Shown: piece after piece, positions 1-9,802 of the stretch
Layout of the letters: every line of letters starts with the position of its first letter
How positions within the stretch are numbered: position 1 is the stretch's first letter
NCBI GenBank assembly: GCA_963714035.1
Contig: OY970224.1
Location: 2,471,753-2,535,752 of the forward strand
DNA: 64,000 bases
Reading direction: 5' to 3'
DNA from: an uncultured Acidobacteriota bacterium
GTDB lineage: Bacteria; Acidobacteriota; Thermoanaerobaculia; UBA5066; DATFVB01
Notes under the pieces: model-generated
What the model was told of the DNA's origin: nothing
The model's input: only the letters and a program-made list of their open reading frames with translations
Databases searched by the model: none
Translations under genes and position numbers: made by a program

Positions 1-674
1 GCCGCAATCCTCGCGTCCGCCGAGGACGCGGTCCGGGCGTCGGCCGAGGACGCGGTCCGGGCGTCCGCCAAGGACGCGATCCGCGCGTCGAGACTCCAGT
101 ACTCGACGGGGACGAACGCTTCGATCTCCTTCTCGCGCTCGCAGATGATCCGCAGCGCAACCGTCTGCACGCGTCCCGCCGAGAGGCCGCGCCAGATCTT
201 CTTCCAGAGGAGATCGGAGACTTCGTACCCGACGAGGCGGTCGATGATGCGGCGGGCCTGCTGGGCGCCGACGCGGTTCTCGTCGATCGCGCCGGCGTTT
301 TCCACGGCCGCCTGCACCGCCTTCTTCGTGATCTCGTTGAACCGGGCGCGCCGGAACTCGACTTTGGCGTTTCCGGGCTTCAGCTCCTGCAGGAGGTGCC
401 AGGAGATCGCCTCCCCCTCGCGGTCGGGATCGGCGGCGAGATAGACGCGATCGACGCCCTTGGCGGCCTTCTTCAGGTCCCCGAGAGTCTTTTCCTTTCC
501 CTTGAGCACCTCGTAGGTCGGCGCGTAGCCGTTCTCGCGGTCGACCCCCAGCCCTTTGCGCGGGAGATCCCGCACGTGGCCGTACGAAGCGAGGACCTTG
601 AAGTCCTTCCCGAGGAACTTTTCGAGCGTCTTCGCCTTCGCGGGCGATTCGACGATGACGAGAGATTTGACCAA
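1..674 (-). CDS. topA: DNA topoisomerase I (5' part; runs off window)
   Basis: Not in ORF track. Read manually from TTG 674: MVKSLVIVESPAKAKTLEKFLGKDFKVLASYGHVRDLP; also ADPDREGEAI and SAGRVQT motifs. Confidence 0.96.
   Translation of the reverse strand, partial: MVKSLVIVESPAKAKTLEKFLGKDFKVLASYGHVRDLPRKGLGVDRENGYAPTYEVLKGKEKTLGDLKKAAKGVDRVYLAADPDREGEAISWHLLQELKPGNAKVEFRRARFNEITKKAVQAAVENAGAIDENRVGAQQARRIIDRLVGYEVSDLLWKKIWRGLSAGRVQTVALRIICEREKEIEAFVPVEYWSLDARIASLADARTASSADARTASSADARIA
13..90. repeat. 24-bp tandem repeat x3 inside topA (DARTASSA-type units)
   Basis: GCGTCCGCCGAGGACGCGGTCCGG-like units at 13, 37 and 61. Confidence 0.9.
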
Positions 675-755
675 ATTCGTGCGTTCCTTCCTGAACGGCC
701 CGGCGGCCCGCATTCGCGAGGCGCGCGACGTGAAAGGCGGATCATACGGTGCCTG

Positions 756-1856
756 TCAACCCCTCCCCCGGCCCGCGACGGCGTAGAGGCCCCCCGGCAG
801 ACATCGCAGGACCCCCCTGGCCTCGAGGTCGAAGAGGATCGCGAGAAGCGACGAAATCGGGATCTTCGCCGCCTCCGAGAGATCGTCCGCGTCCCATGCG
901 TCCTCCCCCGCCATCGCCGCGACGACCCGGGCCGCGTCTCCCTCGAGGCCCGGGGCCGCGCCTCGCCCGGGCGGGGACCCGACGGAGGGGAAAAGCTCCG
1001 TCAGCACGTCCTCCGCTCCGCGGCAGAGGATCGCCCCGTCGCGGAGAAGGGCGTGGCACCCGTCCGACGACTCGGAGCGGATCGAGCCCGGAACCGCGAA
1101 CACGTCCCGGCCGAAATCGTTCGCGAGCCGGGCCGTGATCAGGGAGCCGCTCCGCCGCGCCGCTTCGACGACGACAGTCCCGGAGGACATGCCGGCGATG
1201 ATCCGGTTGCGAACCGGAAAGAACGCCGGGAGGGGCCGCGTCCCCGGCGCGTGCTCGGAAAGGAGCAGGCCCCCGCCGCCGATCCTCTTCCAGAGCTCGG
1301 CGTTTTCCTTCGGATACGGGACGTCGACGCCCGAGCCCAGAACGGCGATCGTTCCTCCCGGATTCCCGAGGGCCGCAGCGTGCGCGGCGGCGTCGATCCC
1401 GCGCGCCATTCCGGAGACGACGCAGACCCCCGCGAGCGAGAGGTCGCCCCCGAGCTGAGAGGCGACCTCCCGGCCGTATCGCGTCGCGGCCCGCGCGCCG
1501 ACGACGGCGACCGCCGGGAGGGTCAGTCGTTCGACGTCGCCGGCCGCCCAGAGGACGAGAGGAGCGTCGGGGATCTCCCGCAGGAGCGGCGGATATGGGC
1601 CTTCGAGGGCCGTCAACAGCCGGGCCCCCGACCGGTCCGTGGCCGCGATCGCGTCGGAAACGTCGACGTCGAAGGGCCGGGCGAGCAGTCGCGCCGCCGT
1701 TTCCGACCGGACAACATCCGCCCATCGCGACGGGTCGCCGCCGGGGAGCTCCCGCCAGCCCCCCGCCGCGTCGCACGCCTTCCAGAACCGGCGCGGAGAC
1801 ACGCCCGGAATCTTCGACCAGGCGAGCGCAAGGCGGGCGGTTTCCGAGACGGACAT
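756..1856 (-). CDS. dprA: DNA-processing protein DprA/Smf
   Basis: VAVVGAR, VVSGMARGID, FPVRNRIIAG, SGSLITA motifs; TAGAAT 6 nt upstream of ATG 1856 (alternative start 1862). Confidence 0.95.
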   Translation of the reverse strand: MSVSETARLALAWSKIPGVSPRRFWKACDAAGGWRELPGGDPSRWADVVRSETAARLLARPFDVDVSDAIAATDRSGARLLTALEGPYPPLLREIPDAPLVLWAAGDVERLTLPAVAVVGARAATRYGREVASQLGGDLSLAGVCVVSGMARGIDAAAHAAALGNPGGTIAVLGSGVDVPYPKENAELWKRIGGGGLLLSEHAPGTRPLPAFFPVRNRIIAGMSSGTVVVEAARRSGSLITARLANDFGRDVFAVPGSIRSESSDGCHALLRDGAILCRGAEDVLTELFPSVGSPPGRGAAPGLEGDAARVVAAMAGEDAWDADDLSEAAKIPISSLLAILFDLEARGVLRCLPGGLYAVAGRGRG

Positions 1857-1928
1857 CGACACATTCTAAAAAGAATTCCGGCGCGCTGCGGGAGACGGAT
1901 AGAATACGTCGCGGTTGGAGGGAGGCGA

Positions 1929-2312
1929 GTGACCCGCGGATCGAGGTATGCGACCGGGTTGTGCGTGGCCGGTGCTCTCCTGCTGGGCGGCTGCGCGACC
2001 GGACGCGCGAAAGAGCCCACCCCCGAAAAGGAGCTGGAGTACGGCGCGCACATGGCCAAGCTCGGCTACTGGGAGGAGGCGCGGTTCCGCTTCCAGATGG
2101 CCGTCGCCCGCGAGCCCAACAGCGCGCGCGCACACAACAACCTCGCCGTCTCGCTCGAAGCCGATGGCGACTTCCCGGCCGCGTTCGAGGAATACAAGAA
2201 GGCGGTGTCGCTCGATTCCGCCGACAAGAGCATCCACCAGAACTACACGCGCTTCGCCGAGTTCTACACGGCCTACACGAAGAAGATCGGGAAGGTGAGC
2301 TCTGCGCCGTAG
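1929..2312 (+). CDS. TPR-repeat lipoprotein
   Basis: GGAGG SD and GTG 1929; lipobox LLGGC; TPR pattern ARAHNNLAVSLE...A...YKKAV. Confidence 0.85.
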   Translation: MTRGSRYATGLCVAGALLLGGCATGRAKEPTPEKELEYGAHMAKLGYWEEARFRFQMAVAREPNSARAHNNLAVSLEADGDFPAAFEEYKKAVSLDSADKSIHQNYTRFAEFYTAYTKKIGKVSSAP

Positions 2313-3003
2313 GCGGAAGCTGGCGGTTCTGGCCGCCGCGGCCGCTTTCGCCGCGGGCTGCAGCAGCGTGCATCTCGTCAAGATGAAGCTGCCGCTGAAG
2401 CCGCGCATTCCGCTCAAGGGAAACGAGCGCGTCGCGATCGCGCCGTTCCTGATCGTCGCGTCGGCCGACAAGCCGAAGGACAAGGCGGACCTCGCCAACG
2501 TCGACCTGCAGGCGGAATTCCACCGCTACCTCGTCCAGAGGCTGCGGAAGAAGACGAAGCTCCAGGTGATCGACCTCGGGACGGACGTGACGCTCCCCTC
2601 GCGCGAGCTCGTCTCGCTCTCGCGCGCCACCGACTTCTGGCGCACGGTCGGGCAGAAGAACTCGGCCGACGTCATCGTGTCCGGCTCGCTCGAGTTCAAG
2701 GTGGAGGATTCGGCCGGCTACAAGACCGAGGAGTACGTCTCGCCGGTGACGGGGCAGACCTCCTTCCGTCAGATCTACGTCGAGAGGACCGGGTTTCTCT
2801 TCGACATCGTTTTCCTCGTCTTCGACGGGAAGACGGGCGACAAGCTCCTCCAGGACGAGTTCAAGGACTTCCACGAGCGGAACCGCCGGCGCACCGACGA
2901 GATGCTCGGGCTCTTCGAGAACCTCTTCTCCCTCGAGGATCAGATCCTGAACATGTTCGTGCCGCGCGAGCGCGCGGTGGAACGCTACCTCTTCACGCGG
3001 TGA
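2302..3003 (+). CDS. putative lipoprotein (CsgG/TolB-N-like), probable CTG start
   Basis: Frame of ORF 2368-3003 extends upstream to signal peptide LRRRRKLAVLAAAAAFAAG-C; in-frame TGA at 2296 leaves CTG 2302 as the only plausible start; AAGGTGA upstream. Confidence 0.75.
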   Translation: MRRRRKLAVLAAAAAFAAGCSSVHLVKMKLPLKPRIPLKGNERVAIAPFLIVASADKPKDKADLANVDLQAEFHRYLVQRLRKKTKLQVIDLGTDVTLPSRELVSLSRATDFWRTVGQKNSADVIVSGSLEFKVEDSAGYKTEEYVSPVTGQTSFRQIYVERTGFLFDIVFLVFDGKTGDKLLQDEFKDFHERNRRRTDEMLGLFENLFSLEDQILNMFVPRERAVERYLFTR

Positions 3004-3007
3004 ATCG

Positions 3008-6000
3008 ATGACAAAGCTCATGCGGCGACTCGTCCTGGCGGTCGCGCTCGCGGCCCTGGCCGCGCCGGCGTCCGCCCAGTTCGGGCAGAACAAGATCGCC
3101 TACGACGAGTTCGACTGGCAGATCTACCGGTCGACCCACTTCCAGCTCTACTTCTACTCGAAGGAGAAGGGATCCCTCGAGAAGGTCGCCTCGTACGCGG
3201 AAAGCGCCTACGACGAGGTCTCCCGCACCCTGAACTACCAGATCCCGCATCCGATCCCCCTGATCTTCTATTCGAGCCACGCCGAGTTCGAGCAGACCAA
3301 CACCCTGCTCGACTTCATCGACGAGGGCACCGGCGCGTTCGCCCTCCCCTCCCGCGACCGGATGGTGCTCCCCATCGACTACCCCGACCCGCTGCTCCAG
3401 AGCGTGATCCAGCACGAGCTCACCCACGTCTTCCAGTTCGAGATCCTGTTCGGCGGCAACTTCCTCCGAGCGGTGACCTCCAACGTCCCGCAGTGGTTCA
3501 TGGAAGGAATGGCGTCGTACTTCGGACACGACGAATCCGACCGGTCGCGGATGTACCTCCGGGACGCCGTGATCACCGACCACGTGCCGGCGATCGCGCA
3601 CGGCCAGGACATCAATCCCTACTTCGCCTATCGCTTCGGCCACGCCGTCTTCGACTTCATCGAGCACGAATGGGGCAAAGACGCCGTCCGGGAGTTCGTC
3701 TACGAATGGCGGACCGGCGGGGGCATGGCGAAGATCATCCGGCGCGCTTTCGACATCACCCCCGAGGATTTCGACATCCGCTATCGGCGATACCTGCGCC
3801 AGCGGTATCTCCCCCTGTTCGTGACGAAAGGGGAACCGGTCGACTACGGCGACGAATTCCACATCCGCGTCAACGAGAACGCCTTCTCCTGGGACGTTTC
3901 TCCCGTGCCGTTCCCGTCGGGCGACCTGATCGCCGCGGTCTCGACCTACGACCTCTCCATTCCGACGCTGAACGCGAGCCCCGACGTCGTCGTGTTCACG
4001 TCGAAGGACCGGAAGCTCTACCGGAACCTCTCGAAGGGATACACGACCCGCTACGAATACCTGATCACGCAGGCGGTCACCATCAGCAACGAACAGGCGG
4101 GCCGGGCCGTCGGCGTGTCTCCCGACGGCAACCTCATCACGGCCTTCGTCCGCCGCGAGCGCGGACGCAACCTCGCGTTCTGGAACGTGGTCACCGGCAA
4201 GCTCGTCGACGAGGTGCCCTTCCCCGGGATCGACCAGGAGATCGCGCCGAGCTTCTCCCCGGACGGGAAGAAGGTCGTCTTTTCCGGGACGTCCAACGGC
4301 AGCTTCGACATCTGGTCGTACGACATGGCGTCGCGCGCCGTCACGAACGTCACGAACGACACCGCGTACGACGCCGCGCCCTCCTGGTCTCCGGACGGCA
4401 AGTGGATCTACTACTCCTCCACGTCCGGGTCCTTCGCGAAGATCTTCCGGGTCGATCCGACGGATCCCTCCGTGAAGGAGCAGGTCACGTTCGGCGACTG
4501 GAACGACGAGGACGTCTCCGTCTCCCCCGACGGCGCCCGGATCTTCTTCGCGTCGGACCGCGACGAGGGCATCTACAACATCTTCTCCGTGGATCTGGCC
4601 ACGGGCGAGACGTGGAAGCACACGAACGTGATCGGGGGCGCCTTCCAGCCGAGCGTCTTCAACGGTCCCGGCGGGATTCCGCGGCTCATCTACTGCGCCT
4701 TCTACCGTCAGCGGTTCGGCCTCTACGAGGAAGACGAGCAGCACATCGACGCGCGGCTCGCGGCGCTGAATCCCCCTCCGGTCCGGATGGACGCCCACTC
4801 GGCGACGCACTACACGCCGGCGATCGAGGTCTCGCTCGACCCGGACAAGTTCCAGCCCAAGCCCTCGCACAAGCTCTACATCGACAACGCCCAGATCGCG
4901 GCGGGAGTCAACAGCGACGGGTCGCTCTTCTCCGACACGACCCTGATCTTCTCGGACAACCTCGGCGATCGCCGCGCACTCATCAGCCTGCAGTCCATCT
5001 CGTCGTACACCGACATCCACCTCGTCTACTACAACCTGAAGCACCGGCTGCAGCTCGGCGGGATGCTCTACGACGACCGCCAGTACTTCATCGCCGCCTC
5101 GACCAACCCCGCGACGGGATTCGTCACCCGCGACCAGCAGTTCTACCGCGAGACCGGCGGCCTCGGCCTCGGCTCCTATCCGCTCGACCGGTACCACCGG
5201 CTCGAGGGGAGCCTCGGCTACATCTCGCGGGAGATCGATTATCCGGTGGCGACGACGAACAACGACCTCACCCAGGCGGTCGTGATCTCGAACCAGAAGG
5301 ACAACGCCCCGACCGCCTCCGTCACCTTCACCGGCGACACGGCGAACTACAGCGCGCTCGGACCGCTCGGCGGCCACCGCTACGCGATCACCTACTCCTA
5401 CATGCCGGACTTCAAGTCCGGGACGGACATCGTCGGCCAGGACTTCGAAGGACCGATCGTCGTCAAGCGCGGCGGGACGCTGACGCAGTCGTTCTCGATC
5501 GACTTCCGGCAGTACCTGAGGGTCTCGAAGAGGTCGGCGTTCGCGTTCCGCGCCTTCGGCATCCGCTCCACGGGAACGCTGCCCAACATCTCCTACTTCG
5601 GCGGCGTGGACACGGTCCGGGGATACGACTTCCGCTCCGAGATCGGCACCCAGGTCGCCTTCGGCAACATCGAGTACCGTTTTCCGCTCATCGATCAGAT
5701 CGTCCTCTTCGGCGGCTTCGGTCTCACGGAGATCCGCGGAAAGTTCTTCATGGACGTCGGCGCCGCCCAGCTCGACTTCGGCCACCCGGCGACGTGGAGG
5801 TTCTGGAACGGATCGAGCCACGAAATCGTGTATTCCGATCCGATCAACGGCGGCGGACCGAAGACCTATCAGCCGTACGAGCTCATCAACGGCAAGGCGG
5901 ACTACGGGTGGGGATTCTCGCTCAACCTTCTCGGCGTCGAGCTCCACTGGGACTTCGCCAAGCAGTGGACTTTCCGCAAGACGGTCTCCGGTCTGAGGAC

Positions 6001-6028
6001 TTCGTTCTACATCGGAACCGAGTTCTGA
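3008..6028 (+). CDS. Omp85/BamA-family outer-membrane protein with N-terminal HEXXH peptidase-like domain and PD40/TolB-like propeller
   Basis: Signal peptide; HELTH and WFMEGMA; repeated P.[FW]SPDG; VRGY motif; C-terminal Phe. Confidence 0.85.
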   Translation: MTKLMRRLVLAVALAALAAPASAQFGQNKIAYDEFDWQIYRSTHFQLYFYSKEKGSLEKVASYAESAYDEVSRTLNYQIPHPIPLIFYSSHAEFEQTNTLLDFIDEGTGAFALPSRDRMVLPIDYPDPLLQSVIQHELTHVFQFEILFGGNFLRAVTSNVPQWFMEGMASYFGHDESDRSRMYLRDAVITDHVPAIAHGQDINPYFAYRFGHAVFDFIEHEWGKDAVREFVYEWRTGGGMAKIIRRAFDITPEDFDIRYRRYLRQRYLPLFVTKGEPVDYGDEFHIRVNENAFSWDVSPVPFPSGDLIAAVSTYDLSIPTLNASPDVVVFTSKDRKLYRNLSKGYTTRYEYLITQAVTISNEQAGRAVGVSPDGNLITAFVRRERGRNLAFWNVVTGKLVDEVPFPGIDQEIAPSFSPDGKKVVFSGTSNGSFDIWSYDMASRAVTNVTNDTAYDAAPSWSPDGKWIYYSSTSGSFAKIFRVDPTDPSVKEQVTFGDWNDEDVSVSPDGARIFFASDRDEGIYNIFSVDLATGETWKHTNVIGGAFQPSVFNGPGGIPRLIYCAFYRQRFGLYEEDEQHIDARLAALNPPPVRMDAHSATHYTPAIEVSLDPDKFQPKPSHKLYIDNAQIAAGVNSDGSLFSDTTLIFSDNLGDRRALISLQSISSYTDIHLVYYNLKHRLQLGGMLYDDRQYFIAASTNPATGFVTRDQQFYRETGGLGLGSYPLDRYHRLEGSLGYISREIDYPVATTNNDLTQAVVISNQKDNAPTASVTFTGDTANYSALGPLGGHRYAITYSYMPDFKSGTDIVGQDFEGPIVVKRGGTLTQSFSIDFRQYLRVSKRSAFAFRAFGIRSTGTLPNISYFGGVDTVRGYDFRSEIGTQVAFGNIEYRFPLIDQIVLFGGFGLTEIRGKFFMDVGAAQLDFGHPATWRFWNGSSHEIVYSDPINGGGPKTYQPYELINGKADYGWGFSLNLLGVELHWDFAKQWTFRKTVSGLRTSFYIGTEF

Positions 6029-6050
6029 TCCGGGATACAATTTTCCGCGC

Positions 6051-6839
6051 TTGATCAAACGCGGAAAGAGCGGGCGGGATCTCCGGATCCGTGTCGTCGG
6101 ACCGTACGGCGGCTCCGCGCCCGGCTGCCGGATGACGACTTTTCTGCTCAACGAGACGACGGCCCTCGACGCCGGCGCGCTCACGCCGGTCCTCTCGATC
6201 GAGGAGCAGCGCGCGGTCGACCGGGTGATCGTGACGCACGCGCATTTCGATCACGTCGCGACCCTGCCGTTCCTGTTCGAGAACGTCTTCGGCCGGGCGA
6301 CGCCGATCGAGATCGCCGCGCCGGCCCCGGTGCTCTCCGCGCTGCGCCGCCACCTCTTCAACGACGCCCTGTGGCCCGATTTCACGCGCCTCCCCTCGCG
6401 GCGGCGCGCGACGGTCCGGTTCCGGGCGATCCGCCGCGGAGAGAGCTATCGCGCGGCCGGGCTCTCCTTTCGCCCGGTCGCCGTCAACCACATCGTCCCG
6501 ACGTACGGATATCTCGTTTCGTCGGGGTCGGCGTCGGTGCTGTTTTCGGGAGACACGGGCCCGACCCGGGCGCTCTGGAAACTCGCGGAGTCGGCGGAAA
6601 ATCTGAAAGCGATCTTTCTCGAGGTCTCGTTCGCCGACGCGCAGGAGGAGATCGCCCGCGCCTCGAAGCACCTGATCCCCCGACTCCTCGAGGCGGAGCT
6701 CGCCAAGTGCGACAGGGACACGCCGGTCTACCTGTACCACATGAAACCGGGGCAGGCGGAGGTCATCAAGCGCGAGGTGACGGCGCTGAAGAACCGCCGT
6801 CTGCGGTTCATCGAACAGGACCAGGTGCTGGTTTTCTGA
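6051..6839 (+). CDS. metallo-beta-lactamase-fold 3',5'-cyclic-nucleotide phosphodiesterase-like protein
   Basis: LDAG, THAHFDH, VNH, SGDTG, LEVSF, YHMKP motifs. Confidence 0.8.
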   Translation: MIKRGKSGRDLRIRVVGPYGGSAPGCRMTTFLLNETTALDAGALTPVLSIEEQRAVDRVIVTHAHFDHVATLPFLFENVFGRATPIEIAAPAPVLSALRRHLFNDALWPDFTRLPSRRRATVRFRAIRRGESYRAAGLSFRPVAVNHIVPTYGYLVSSGSASVLFSGDTGPTRALWKLAESAENLKAIFLEVSFADAQEEIARASKHLIPRLLEAELAKCDRDTPVYLYHMKPGQAEVIKREVTALKNRRLRFIEQDQVLVF

Positions 6840-6859
6840 TCGCGCCGCCTTCGCCGCGC

Positions 6860-6925
6860 GGTCGCGGTCGGCGCGAACTGACGCCGTCGGTCACGAGTCG
6901 AAAGTCGCGAGTCAAAAAGTCGACG
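6860..6925. repeat. heptamer-array element (AGTCGAA/AGTCGCG units), degenerate
   Basis: GGTCACG AGTCGAA AGTCGCG AGTCAAAA AGTCG; same units at 26376-26540 and 37389-37470. Confidence 0.55.
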
Positions 6926-6999
6926 ACCGATCTCCGCGACGATTTCAGAGGCCTTCTCCCTTCAGTTCTGACGACGGCGAGGCGCGCCAGACGCGCCGG

Positions 7000-8175
7000 C
7001 TACCGGCGCGTGAGCGCGAGCAGATCCATCGCGAGTATCCCCGCGATCCTTCCCCTTCCCGCATCGACCCGCAGGAACTCTTCGCGGGCATCGGGAAGGT
7101 CGGCGTAGCGCACGAGCCGCGGGACGGCCGAGGAGCGGTCGAGCGAGAACCCTGAATCGATGAGGCCGCCGTTGCGGCGCACGCGAAGGACGTCCCCGGA
7201 CAGGACCTCCACGTCCTCGACCGCAGGCTCGCCCGACTCCGGCCGGACGGCCGCGCGCCAGCGGCTTCCTCCCGCGCTCTCGATCTCGACGGCTCCCAAT
7301 CCCTCGAGATACCGGGCGTAGCCTTCCGGAGTCGAGAGCGCGCGAAACCGGGCTTCCGCGTCCGGATCCTCGGCGAACGCCTCGACGCGGGCGGTCGGGC
7401 GCTCGGGCTCGGGGTCGCCGGCGATCGAGAGCGCGCGCGAAACGAGCGCCGCGTCGATCCCGAAGATCGACGCGATCTTCTCGCTCCGACGCCCGAGGAG
7501 CGGGATGCGCGTGCGCGTATGCGCGTCGGTGATGTCGACCGCCCCGCGGAAGAACCGGAGCACGCGATGGCCTTCCGGCTTGCGCACGACGACGTCGCGC
7601 AGGAAGAGTGACTTCTCCGAAAATGTCCTTTCCCACTCCCGACGAAACTCGTCGTCCGAAACGGGCTCGAACGAGAATTCGATGCCCCGGCCGGATTCAG
7701 GCCCCGAGCCGAACCGGAGGACGCCCGAGCTCCCCGAGACGACGAGTTCGAGCGATCCCTCCGGCGTGTCTAGCGAGGCCGTTTCGAGCGGCAGGAGGCC
7801 GGGAAGCGGATAGCCGACGTCGGCGAGCCACGTCCTTCCGTCGAGCGGGAACAGGAGCGACGCGTGGTCACGCGGCTCCCGGACCCGACCCAGGATCTTC
7901 GCCGGCGCGAACCCGACCGCTTCCGCGAGCGACGCGAACGCCGCCACACGGGCGAAGCACGTCCCCCCGGTTCCGAGCGAGAGATGCTCTTCCCAGAAGA
8001 CGTCCGGGTCGCGCGGCTTGTCGGCGTCCGACCGCGCCTCCGCGCCCCGCACGATCTTGGAGGCAGATTCGAACGGCACCACACGGTTGAACGCGTCGAA
8101 GAGCCGTTCGAGAAACGTCCGATCCGGCGGCCGGCGCTCGAGTCCGAGCGCCTCGAGGGCTTCGCCGACGTTCAC
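7000..8175 (-). CDS. arylamine N-acetyltransferase-family protein with C-terminal extension
   Basis: VPFES, GGTCF (Cys), DH (His), WLADVG (Asp) triad motifs. Confidence 0.8.
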   Translation of the reverse strand: MNVGEALEALGLERRPPDRTFLERLFDAFNRVVPFESASKIVRGAEARSDADKPRDPDVFWEEHLSLGTGGTCFARVAAFASLAEAVGFAPAKILGRVREPRDHASLLFPLDGRTWLADVGYPLPGLLPLETASLDTPEGSLELVVSGSSGVLRFGSGPESGRGIEFSFEPVSDDEFRREWERTFSEKSLFLRDVVVRKPEGHRVLRFFRGAVDITDAHTRTRIPLLGRRSEKIASIFGIDAALVSRALSIAGDPEPERPTARVEAFAEDPDAEARFRALSTPEGYARYLEGLGAVEIESAGGSRWRAAVRPESGEPAVEDVEVLSGDVLRVRRNGGLIDSGFSLDRSSAVPRLVRYADLPDAREEFLRVDAGRGRIAGILAMDLLALTRR

Positions 8176-8783
8176 TCGCCGAAGATCCGGCGGTGGAGCG
8201 CGGGATCCTCGGAGAGCTCGGGATGGAACGTCGCGCCATAGACGTTCTTCCCCCGGACGAGCACGGGATCTTCGCGCTCGCGCGCGAGAATCTCGACGCC
8301 CGGGCCGACGCGCGCGATCTTCGGCGCCCGGATGAAGACCGCTTCGATCGGGCGCCCCTTCTCGTCAGCCGCCGCGCCGATGAAGGAGTCGAGCTGCCGC
8401 CCGTAGGCGTTGCGCACGACGTCCACGTCGAGCACCCCGAGCGACGCCTGGGGGGGATTCTCGACGCGCGAGGCGAGAAGGATCAGTCCGGCGCATGTCG
8501 CGAGCACGGGGCGGCCGCTTTCCGCGAAGGCGCGCAGCGCCTCGCGCCAGCCGGGCTCTCGCTCGAAGAACTTCAGATAGGTCGTCGACTCTCCGCCGGG
8601 GAGGACGAGGCCCCGAACGTCTTCCAGCTCCTCGGGTCGCCGCACTTCGCGGCTGGCGATGCCCGCCCGGGCGAGGGCTTCTGAATGCTTCGCGAAGTCG
8701 CCCTGGATCGCGAGGACGCCGACTGGCTCGCGCCTCGCTTCGCCTCCAGGTCGGAGCGGAAATTCCGGCGTTCCACGCGTCAA
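8172..8783 (-). CDS. pdxT: PLP synthase glutaminase subunit (start uncertain; TTG 8783)
   Basis: GVLAIQG, PGGESTT, TCAGLI, RNAYGRQ, FIRAP, FHPEL. Confidence 0.93.
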   Translation of the reverse strand: MTRGTPEFPLRPGGEARREPVGVLAIQGDFAKHSEALARAGIASREVRRPEELEDVRGLVLPGGESTTYLKFFEREPGWREALRAFAESGRPVLATCAGLILLASRVENPPQASLGVLDVDVVRNAYGRQLDSFIGAAADEKGRPIEAVFIRAPKIARVGPGVEILAREREDPVLVRGKNVYGATFHPELSEDPALHRRIFGE

Positions 8784-8789
8784 TCTGTT

Positions 8790-8905
8790 CCCTTCCCCGG
8801 CCTTCGGCCACCCCTCCCCAACCGCGGAGGGGATGGGGTGGGGTGCGGGTGCCCGTCTTCCAGAACCCCCTCTCCATCTGGAGAGGGGGCGCGGGGGTGA
8901 GGTTT
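8790..8905. repeat. palindromic element (CCCTCACCCC..CCCTCTCC..GGAGAGGG type) between pdxS and pdxT
   Basis: Hairpins CCCCTCC-ccaaccgc-GGAGGGG and CCCCCTCTCC-atct-GGAGAGGGGG followed by GGGGGTGAGG. Confidence 0.65.
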
Positions 8906-9789
8906 CACCAGCCACGCGTCTGCAGCCGCTCCGACTCCGGCAACGACGCGGCGTCGAGGCCCTTCATCGCTTCGCCGAGCTCGGCGGAAGCCTCGATCAG
9001 CGCGTCGGCGTCCTTCCAGTGGGTGGTCGCCTTCACGATCGCCGCGGCGCGCACCGCCGGGTCCGACGACTTGAAGATTCCCGAGCCGACGAAGACCGCC
9101 TCGGCGCCGAGCGTCATGCAGAGCGCGGCGTCGGCGGGAGTGGCGATCCCCCCTGCCGCGAAGTTCGGAACCGGCAGCTTCCCTTTTTCCGCGACCTCGA
9201 GCACGAGCTCGAACGGCGCTCCGAGGCGCTTGGCCTCCGACATCAGCTCGTCCTTCGTCAGGGTCGTCAGGGTCTTGATGTCCCGGTTGACCTGCCGGAG
9301 ATGCTTGACGGCGTGCACGATGTCGCCGGTGCCCGCCTCCCCTTTCGTCCGGATCATCGCCGCGCCTTCGCCGATGCGGCGGAGCGCCTCGCCGAGGTTC
9401 CGGCAGCCGCAGACGAACGGCACGCGGAAATCGTGCTTGTAGACGTGGTTCTCCTCGTCGGCCGGAGTCAGCACTTCCGACTCGTCGATGAAGTCGACCT
9501 TCAGAGCCTCGAGGATCCGCGCCTCCGAGATGTGGCCGATCCGGCACTTCGCCATGACGGGGATCGAGACGGCCTGCTGGATCTCGCGGACCTTCGAGAC
9601 CGGCGACATCCGCGCGACTCCCCCTTCCTTCCGGATGTCGGCCGGAACGCGCTCGAGCGCCATGACGGCGACCGCGCCCGCGTCCTCCGCGATCCGCGCC
9701 TGCTCCGCATTGACGACGTCCATGATCACGCCGCCCTTCAGCATCTCCGCGAGCCCCACCTTGAGCCGGAATTCGTCCTTCGGTTCCAT
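8905..9789 (-). CDS. pdxS: PLP synthase lyase subunit
   Basis: [48 protein letters not shown]. Confidence 0.98.
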   Translation of the reverse strand: MEPKDEFRLKVGLAEMLKGGVIMDVVNAEQARIAEDAGAVAVMALERVPADIRKEGGVARMSPVSKVREIQQAVSIPVMAKCRIGHISEARILEALKVDFIDESEVLTPADEENHVYKHDFRVPFVCGCRNLGEALRRIGEGAAMIRTKGEAGTGDIVHAVKHLRQVNRDIKTLTTLTKDELMSEAKRLGAPFELVLEVAEKGKLPVPNFAAGGIATPADAALCMTLGAEAVFVGSGIFKSSDPAVRAAAIVKATTHWKDADALIEASAELGEAMKGLDAASLPESERLQTRGW

Positions 9790-9802
9790 CTTTTCCCCTC
9801 CC

